Origin: Candidatus Pacearchaeota archaeon
GTDB taxonomy: Archaea; Nanobdellota; Nanobdellia; Pacearchaeales; DTIR01
Assembly (NCBI GenBank): GCA_018303805.1
Contig: JAGVXL010000001.1
Location: 305,528-369,527, forward strand
Direction of reading: 5' to 3'
DNA length: 64,000 nucleotides
Part shown: positions 1 to 8,100 of the stretch, piece by piece
Layout of the letters: each line of letters starts with the position of its first letter
How positions within the stretch are numbered: position 1 is the first letter of the stretch
Position numbers and translations under genes: made by a program
Notes under the pieces: model-generated
Database searches by the model: none
Told to the model about the DNA's origin: nothing
What the model saw: the letters and a program-made list of their open reading frames with translations, nothing else

Positions 1-34
1 AGTGAAAAGTCCATCTGATGATGGAGGCAACCTG

Positions 35-99
35 ATTTCCTATGCCCCGAAAAGCCCGTGATGCTCGCTTCGGCGAGGATTGCCTGCTTTTCGCGAAAA
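35..99 (+). repeat. 65-nt structured element, copy 1 (inverted partner at 10335-10399)
   Basis: Matches the reverse complement of 10335-10399 with 2 mismatches (positions 42 and 96). The perfect core is 43-95. It folds as outer stem CGAAAAGC/GCTTTTCG, an 8x8 internal loop, and inner stem CTCGC/GCGAG capped by a TTCG tetraloop. Confidence 0.85.
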
Positions 100-130
100 G
101 AAACTCTAGGAAGGTAGAAAAACTATAATT

Positions 131-183
131 GCAAGTTAGCAGGTTCCCGCAAGGGTCTCTAGGTTCGATTCCTGGCGTCGGCG
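131..183 (+). tRNA. 3' portion of a tRNA gene or tRNA-derived att fragment (short GCAA-capped arm, T arm, 3' acceptor strand)
   Basis: T stem CTAGG (159-163), loop TTCGATT, and CCTGG (171-175). Then a 7-nt acceptor strand CGTCGGC, discriminator G, and a T6 run. No matching 5' acceptor strand (G-Y-Y-G-R-Y-G) occurs in 1-130, so the 5' part is missing, is outside the window, or is separated by a long intron. Confidence 0.4.
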
Positions 184-188
184 TCGAG

Positions 189-194
189 TTTTTT
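189..194 (+). terminator. oligo-T tract directly after the tRNA-like 3' end
   Basis: TTTTTT lies 5 nt after the discriminator base. Archaeal RNA polymerase terminates at T runs. Confidence 0.35.
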
Positions 195-240
195 CTAACA
201 AAAGCGAAACATTTAAAAAGTCAGTAAGACTAATCTTACT

Positions 241-510
241 ATGGCAGAAATAAGCATAACTAAAATAAGCTCAAAAGGGCAGATAGTGATTCCCAAAGAA
301 ATGAGAGAGAACTTGGAAGAAGGAGACAGGCTGGTTATCATAAAAAATGACAATCAGCTTATTCTGAAAAAGGTGGAAGATTTCGATAAAAACCTGAGAG
401 ATGATTTGGAATTTGCCAAGAGAACTGAAGAAGCATGGAAAAGGCATGACAGCTTGGACTTTAGAAGTCTGGACTCCAAAGCTTTCATTAAAGAACTCAG
501 AAAATGGTGA
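241..510 (+). CDS. AbrB/SpoVT-family antitoxin
   Basis: The N-terminal SSKGQIVIPKEMRENL..GDRLVI matches the swapped-hairpin AbrB/SpoVT motif. It overlaps the downstream toxin gene by 7 nt (ATGGTGA). Confidence 0.8.
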   Translation: MAEISITKISSKGQIVIPKEMRENLEEGDRLVIIKNDNQLILKKVEDFDKNLRDDLEFAKRTEEAWKRHDSLDFRSLDSKAFIKELRKW

Positions 511-749
511 TTGTGGACTATGACCCAGATTTCCAAAAGATTTTCAGCAAGCTTGACAAGGGTATTAAGATAAAGGTGGAAAAAGCCTTAACAAAAATAA
601 TAGAAAATCCTGAAATTGGGAAGCCTATGCGATATGCAAGAAAAGGAACAAGGGAAGTCTATATTCCCCCTTTTAGATTATCTTACGCATATCTCCCTAA
701 GGAAAATAAAATAATTATCCTAACTTGGTATCATAAGGACGAGCAATAG
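504..749 (+). CDS. RelE/ParE-superfamily toxin
   Basis: 81 aa with a RelE-like C-terminal half (REVYIPPFRLSYAYLPKENKIIILTWYHKDE). It is coupled to the AbrB gene. Confidence 0.7.
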   Translation: MVIVDYDPDFQKIFSKLDKGIKIKVEKALTKIIENPEIGKPMRYARKGTREVYIPPFRLSYAYLPKENKIIILTWYHKDEQ

Positions 750-830
750 TTTTCCAAAGCCCTGGAAATTACTAAATTCAGGCTAGAAGAATAAATTTGG
801 AAAAGAAAACACACAGAAAAATCCATGCCT

Positions 831-845
831 ATAAAATAAAAAACC
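831..845 (-). terminator. oligo-T tract after the 416-aa surface protein gene
   Basis: The minus strand reads GGTTTTTTATTTTAT immediately after the stop at 850, in a convergent gap with the RelE gene. Confidence 0.3.
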
Positions 846-849
846 AGCT

Positions 850-2100
850 CTACTTCTTTTTCCTGGCCAAAGCTATCACGATTATAGCCAGGATAACTAA
901 CCCAACAGCAATCCCCATCCACAGCAAGCTCTTTGCTGGCTTTGTGGGGGTTATAGGTGTTACAGGCTTCTCTTCTTCCTTGCAGGCATTCTCCACGCAT
1001 TCTTTTCCTGCCCCGCAAGCACAATCTGCAATGCAGCTTGAGCAGTTTTCATCATACTCACAAACCTTGTCCCCGCAGACAGCTTTCTTTTCAGCAGGAG
1101 GCACATAGCCCTTTTTCTGTGCAGTTACCGCAAAATAGCTTAACCCTGGAGATTCCCCATAGTAATAGTAATATGTATCATCTTCTTTGTATTTAGTAGT
1201 AGGCAAGTCCTGCCATGAGTCCCCAACCTTCCTTCTCAATTTTGTTGTGGCAGCATCATAATCATTGGTTATATACCAGGATTTCTCAACCTTAAAGCTG
1301 ATTTTTACAGAGGCAATCTGCTTGTCTTCAATCAAGCTCTTTGTTATCTGGAGGTATTTGTAAGTCCCGCCTTCATCTGAAGCGATAGCAATGCCTGCAG
1401 TGCCTGCGCTTGACTCTGCAACCTTTATTGCTGCATTATCAATCTGTTCTGCCGCCTTAATCTCTATGCTTGTAACCTTCAATGTGTCTTCCTTGCTGTA
1501 TCCTATCTCTTTTATTGAGCCAGCTGAAATTCCCCCTGTGTAAGATGTTTGGCTCTCGCCTGCTGCTGCAGGAACTCCACCGCCCCCACCTCCGCCGCCA
1601 CCACTTGTATCTGTCGGTGTTGGTGCAGTACAAGCACTTGCCTGGCACGCCCCAATTCCATTACCATGATATTCAGATGCCCCTGAACAGCAGTAACCCC
1701 CCGAGCATGCTTCAGAATAGGCGCAGACTGCGCTGTTTGCGAGCTGGGAGATTGTTAAATTCAATTGTGTGGATGCTGTAGCCCCACCAGAGAGAGTATA
1801 GGTATCATTAGCTGTGACATTATATATTGTAAAAATTAGAGGGTCTCCATTGTTTGCATCTATGGACAGCCAATAAGAATAATCTGGCAAGCCAAACCCG
1901 CAGTTAGGATTTCCAACAGTGCAGTTTGCTTTCATTACTCCATTTATATATGCTGCTACGAATGCTCCTGTTGTAGAAGTGTTAGAGCCTATTGCAACCT
2001 TGCCCCTAAATGATTGAAGGTTTGCTGCATTAACAAGAAAAAGGCTGAAAACTACCGAGATTAAAAAAAAATAAAAATTTATTGTTGGTTTGGTAGCCAT
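850..2100 (-). CDS. secreted, C-terminally membrane-anchored surface protein (PGF-pre-PGF-like domain, Cys-rich module, Gly9 run)
   Basis: The ATG at 2100 gives MATKPTINFYFFLISVVFSLFLVNA, a signal-like N-terminus; the track start at 2178 would overlap the giant gene. It contains a GGGGGGGGG run. The segment ...YYYYGESPGLSYFAVTA resembles the archaeal PGF-pre-PGF domain. It also has the Cys-rich CGDKVCEYDENCSSCIADCACG module. The C-terminal TM helix ends in RKKK. Confidence 0.75.
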   Translation of the reverse strand: MATKPTINFYFFLISVVFSLFLVNAANLQSFRGKVAIGSNTSTTGAFVAAYINGVMKANCTVGNPNCGFGLPDYSYWLSIDANNGDPLIFTIYNVTANDTYTLSGGATASTQLNLTISQLANSAVCAYSEACSGGYCCSGASEYHGNGIGACQASACTAPTPTDTSGGGGGGGGGVPAAAGESQTSYTGGISAGSIKEIGYSKEDTLKVTSIEIKAAEQIDNAAIKVAESSAGTAGIAIASDEGGTYKYLQITKSLIEDKQIASVKISFKVEKSWYITNDYDAATTKLRRKVGDSWQDLPTTKYKEDDTYYYYYGESPGLSYFAVTAQKKGYVPPAEKKAVCGDKVCEYDENCSSCIADCACGAGKECVENACKEEEKPVTPITPTKPAKSLLWMGIAVGLVILAIIVIALARKKK

Positions 2101-2158
2101 TTTAACATTTTTTGATTTTCTCTTAATTTTCCTTTCTCCCCCTACACTTTTTAAGAAT

Positions 2159-5100
2159 TTATACAATCTCAAGCGCATCTGTCCTATTCATATAAATTTC
2201 ATATGCCCTACTGTCAGTAGTTGAAGTAAAGTTAGCAAAAGTTCCGCCCACTCCTGGTTCGTAAGCAAGCCAAGAACCAGATGTGAAATTGTAAGCATAG
2301 AAGATTGTATAACTTCCCCTCATCGATGCAAGCACGTTGGTCACATTATAATTGCTTCCAAGTGAAGATACATTTTGCAATGCTGTAAATGAAAAGCTTG
2401 GACTGACCCACGTATTTTGAGAGTAGGTGTTGCCATAAGCCTCAGGCCTTCTTATTGTGTGTTTAGTCCAAGCAGTTATCTTTGTATAGTTGGCAACCAC
2501 ATTGCTCCCTGCCCTGTCCCTTATTGCATTTGCCTGAATTGTAAGTTTCATGTTTTCGTCTGCGTGCGGGTCTAATTCATTATAATCTGCTGCACCTAAT
2601 GATATGTTAATTGTTGTTGAAAGTGTGCTGCTATTAGATGACGTTACAACAGAGCCAGCCGTTATTCTGGTTAATATTGGAGTTCCAAGATAATCAGAAT
2701 AATTAACAGCAATCTTGCTCAAGTCAATTGAGCTTGGGTCCATTGTTTCATTGAATACAAGAGTCAAATTCTTGCTTATTGAGCTGTAATTCCAGCTTGT
2801 CAGGGCAGGAGCAGTGTTATCTATTGTTATACTCACATTTGCAGTTGCATTCTGGTTGTTTACAGTGTCATTTGCCCTTACTTGTATTGTGTATGTTCCA
2901 TCAATCAGGGTAGTCACATCATAGGTTACAGTGGCACTAATCATTGTTGTAAGTGTAAAGTTATCCCATACAGTTGTGTTGCCTATTCCTGATGTATTCA
3001 CAAACCTGTATTGCAATGTAGTGTTAGTAACATTCGTATAAGCATCAGTAGCAGTCACATTAATCAGTAGGGAGCTTCTATTGAAATCATCTGCTTCTGG
3101 CTGGTTTATTGTCACAGCAGGCACACTTGAATCAACAGTAAACTGCCTTGATGATGAAGTTCCTACATTTGAAGCTGAATCACTGCAATTGGCATACCAA
3201 TTGAAATTGCCCTGTGCAAGCCCTGAAATATTATACCTGTTGGCATTTGTGCCAGCAGTAATTCCTCCGACAGCCGTTGTTGTGTTTCTTGCTGAATTTA
3301 AGTATATGTCACATTCAAATACATTATCCAGATTGTCAGTAACACTCCAGTTTGCTATGAAAGTTGCAGAGGTTTGGTTTGTATTATTGGCAATTTGCAA
3401 TGTGACAGTAGGAGCAGTAGTATCAAGGGTTACTGTCCTGTTTGCAACACTGTTATTATTTCCTGCAGCATCAGTAACTGTTGCGCTGAAGCTGTATGTT
3501 TCATCACTCAATGTGACATTAGTGAAATTAGTGAAGTTTGTGTGGGTTCTTGTTGTATTAATGCTTGCATTAGAATAATATACATAGAATGTTATGCTTG
3601 CAAAGTTTGTTTCATTATAAGTTATATTTACAAATATGGAACTAATGCTTCTGTTTGACAAGTCAACTGGAGTTACAGCGGCGTAAGCAGCTACAGGGCT
3701 TGTGGTGTCAAGAGTTACGCTTCTGTTGGAAACAGTCCCATTATTGCCTGATGAATCAGTGACTGTCGCACTAAACAAGTAGGTTCCATCAGCCAAGCCA
3801 GTAAAGTTAGTGAAATTAGTGAAGTTTGTGTGGGTTCTTGCTGTATTCAAAGCGCCGTTTGAGTTGTATAGGTAGAATGTTAGGCTCTGGTAGTTTGTTT
3901 CATTGTATGTTATATTGACAAATATTGAGTTTATGCTTCTGTTTGATGCATCTGAAGGAGTTACTGCTGCGAATGCCACAACAGGATTTGTATTATCTAT
4001 TGTAAATGTATATGTAGCAGATTTGTTATTATTAGTAGCATCATCCCAACAACTGACATTAACAAACTGGTTATCGCCTGCTGATACTGTAACTAATGTT
4101 GAATTTAAAGTTCCTGAAGTTGCACTTGTTGTTGTGTTGGTGTTGCCTATTGTGATATTGCAACCTAATCCTCCTAAGGAAGTATCAATATTATCTGTAG
4201 CTGTCCAGCTTACATTCAGTGAAGTTGAGCTTTGGTTTGTATTGTTTGCAGGGGCTGAAACAGTTATTGTTGGCGCCTCGGTGTCAGAGAATATTTGTAT
4301 TCTGTATGATGTGTTTGTTCCATTGTTGTTTGCCCAGTCAGTCACGTTTATTCCAAGAGTATAGTTGCCTGGAGTAAATGTGCCTGGAACTGTAAAGCTT
4401 GTGTTGCATCCGCCTTTAGCTGAACTATACAAAATAGATGCCATCAAAGTGGCATTAAAGTATATTGTACAATTGCCAATTGCTGCAGTTGCTCCAGAGA
4501 CTCCTGAAGTTGCATCTGTAACATTAAAGGTTATTCCTACACTTGTGCCTACTGAAGCATTATTATAGCTTATGTTCTGTATTACTGGAGCAGTTTTATC
4601 TATAACTATTGTCATGAGAGGAGCAGTTCCTGAATTCTCTGCTGCATCACTTGTATTAGCATAAATTGTGTAAGTTCCATCTGAAAAATTGCTTGCATTT
4701 AATGTTCCATTGAAAAATGCTGAAGTGCCTGACTGGTCCAAACGAGACCATGTCCTGTAGTCACCTGTTGCCTGAGTTCCATTTAAATTGTAATAAGTGC
4801 TGCCTGTTTTTAATGAAGCCCAAACATCTGAAACATTCCAGTTAGTATCTGTTATATTCACGGTTACATTAACTGCCTCGGTAGTTGTCTGATTTGTGTT
4901 GTTTGCAGGGGCCCTTATCTGCAATACAGGAGCAGTTGTGTCAAGCGTGACAGTTCTGTTTGAAAGTGCAGTAGGATTGTTAGCAGTGTCATTTACTGTT
5001 GCGCTAAAGAGGTAAGTTCCGTCTGCCAAGCCTGTAAAGTTTGTGAAATTAGTAAAGTTTGTATGTGTTCTTATTGTGTTTATAGCCCCATTTGAATTAT

Positions 5101-8100
5101 ACAAGTAGAATATTATACCCTGGTAGTTTGTTTCATTATAGGTTATATTCACGAAGATTGAATTTATGCTTCTGTTTGATGCATCTGCAGGAGTTACTGC
5201 TGCGTATGAAACCACAGGAGCAGTAGTATCAAGCGTGACAGTTCTGTTTGAGACACTTCCATTATTACCAGCTGCATCGCTGACTGTTGCGCTGAAGCTG
5301 TATGTTCCCTCACTCAATGTGATGTTAGTGAAGTTTGTTGAGTTGGTGTATCTTCTTGTCTCGTTGATGCTTCCGTTTGAATAGTAAATATAGAAAGTTA
5401 TGCTTGCAAAGTTGGTTTCATTGTATGTTATGTTTGTGAAGATTGATGTTGCGCTTATATTTGAGGCATCTGCAGGAGTTGCAGATGCATATGATACGAC
5501 AGGAGCTGTTGCATCCACAGTTATTGTTCTGATTTGGCTTCTTCCTGTATTGCCTGCATAATCTGAACAGTTAACATAGAATGTATGCGTTGCTTGAGAC
5601 AAGGCAGAAGAAACTATAGTGCCATTCTGCAATGCATCTGCATTTGTATCGTTGTTAACAGTCCAGTTTGTTCCCTTGCTTGTTCCGCCATCTGCAAAAA
5701 GCTCACAGGTGAAGTTTGCTGCAAGGTTGTCAGAAACATTAAATGCAACTGTAGGTGTTGTTGAGGATATATTTGTCAAGTTGGCAGGGCTTGGGCTTAT
5801 TAAAGTGACACTTGGAGCAGTTGTATCAACTGTGAATGTGTTTGTTGAAGATGTTGTAGTGTAGACTGGACTCCAGCAAGTAACATTCCCATTATGTACT
5901 CCTTGGCTTAAGCCAGTAAAGTTATACCAGTTGTTATTTGTGCCGTTGGTTACTGCTATTGATGAGCTCACTGAATTATTTATTGCAATATTGTCAAGAG
6001 AAACATTACAATATAGAGTTGAATATGTAGAAGAGGTTGCAGTCCAGTTTACTTTTATAGTTGTGCTTGATGAGTTTGTTAAATTAGCAGGAGCATTCAA
6101 GGTAACAGTAGGAGCACCTGTCTCAACATAGAAAGTTCTTGTAGCACTTGTGTTTATATTCTTGACATCATCTATGCATGTAACATTCCAAGTATGAGTG
6201 CCATTTGATAAGCCCGCTGCTGAAACTGACAAATTCGCAACTGCTGTATTATTAGAAGCTTCAAAATTGCTTCTATTCACAACAGAATTTAAAGTTAAAT
6301 TACAGGTAAGACTTGTATCTTGTGAATCATTTGCAGTCCATACAAAGCTCATGTTTGTTACGCTTGTATTAGCAAAGGTATCAGGCGTACTCAAGGTTAT
6401 TAGTGGGGGTGTATTGTCTATATGCAATACAAGAGACTTGTTCTCGACAAGATTGCCACCCAAGTCCGAGGCATTAACATAAATTCTGTATTCGCCATCT
6501 GCAAAATTATTTGCGTTTAAAGTGTTATTGAAAAAGTTTGATGAGCCGCTTCTTACTAAATTTGTCCATGTTCTGTAGTCTCCTGTTGCTTGCACTCCTG
6601 CTAAAGTGTAGTAAGCAGTTGTATTTTTTAATGCAGCCCAGACATCCGAGTTATTTCTGTTTGTGTCTGTAATCTGAGCAGTTATGTTAACATCAGAAGC
6701 AGTTTGATTGGTGTTATTTGTTGAAGGCGCCCCTATTGTTATCACCAAAGCAATTAGGTCAATAGTAAAAGACCAGTTCGCTCTTGTCATTGAATTTGCA
6801 ACCATGTCCTTTGCATCAACATAAACTCTTACAACATCGCCATCGCTTAATGGCTCAGCGGTATAGCTGACTTGTATTCCATTTGGTATGTTCTTTCTTG
6901 TTGCATTAGTATAAGTAGTAACATTAACCCATGCACCGGCATTAACCTTAATCTGAAATTCTATTGAGTTGTTATCCACTTTGCTTGCTGTATCAGTTAT
7001 ATTAATATAGATAGTAGGTGTTTGGGTATTCGTGAAGGTTGCATTAGCAGGAGTCAAGTCAGAAGAGCTTGGGCCATTATTATCTATTGTTATGTTAATG
7101 CTTGAATTAGAATTAATATTTCCAGCCAAATCAACTGCTGTGAGATTGATTCTGTAACTTCCATCAGCAAAGTTGTTTGAGTTTATAGTTGCATTGTAGA
7201 AATCTCCTGATGATACCTTAAGCTTTGTGAAATTTCTGTAATCTCCGACTACAGCGGTAGCATCAAGATTGTAATGGTTAGTTGAATTAAACAAGGCAAC
7301 CCAAACAGCAGTATTGTTTATATTTGTGTCTACTACTTGCACAGTAAGGTTATCTGCTGCGCCTGTTAGATTAGAATTATTAGCAGGCACTGTTATATTT
7401 ATTATAGGAACTGTGTTGTCTGTTGTGTAAGTAAAAGCAGGAGCAGCTCTGCTGTTGTCTGCTGCATCCCAAGCTGTTACCCTCCAATAATATACTGTGT
7501 CTGCTCCAAGTGTTGTGCCAGTAACGCCTGTCTTGTTTGTGGCATTTGCATAAGTGCCGGTTGTGTTTACTAGGCTGCTGAAATCTGAGTTGTCATCTAT
7601 CTGCATTGTATAATTGACAAAATTTATCTCATTTGTGGATTCCCATTGCAAAGTAGGAGTTCTGTTTGTGCTTATTGTAGCATTTGTCGGCACAATAAGA
7701 TTAAATGCAGAGGGAACAGTTGTATCAAGCGTGACAGTTCTGTTTGAAAGTGCAGTAGGATTGTTTGCAGTATCATTTACTGTTGCGCTGAAGAGATATG
7801 TTCCATCAGCCAAGCCTGTGAAGTTTGTGAAATTAGTAAAGTTGGTGTGGGTTCTTATTGTATTAATAGCCCCATTTGAGTTGTAAAGATAGAATATTAT
7901 ACTTGCATAATTTGTTTCATTATAGGTTATATTCACGAAGATTGAATTTATGCTTCTGTTTGATGCATCTGAAGGAGTTACTGCTGCGTATGAAACCACA
8001 GGAGCTGTTGTGTCAAGCGTGACAGTTCTGTTTGAGACACTTCCATTATTACCAGCTGCATCGCTGACTGTTGCGCTGAAGCTGTATGTTCCCTCGCTCA

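Noticed and set aside
11-64. Box C/D sRNA reading: CTGATGA at 15-21, CTGA at 32-35, GTGATGC at 58-64
   Set aside because: The spacing between putative C and D' boxes (10 nt) and between D' and C' (22 nt) does not fit archaeal C/D sRNA geometry. No terminal D box (CTGA) follows. The right-hand repeat copy lacks the upstream C box.
35-99. H/ACA guide RNA interpretation of the 65-nt element (lower stem, pocket, upper stem)
   Set aside because: No ACA/ANA box follows the lower stem in either copy (CGA or CGG instead). The upper stem is only 5 bp and has no clear K-turn or K-loop.
731-1196. ORFs 731-1024 (-), 797-1108 (+) and 957-1196 (+)
   Set aside because: They overlap, in other frames or on the other strand, the 3' part of the well-supported 416-aa surface protein gene. 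They have low-complexity or Cys/Pro-rich nonsense-like translations.
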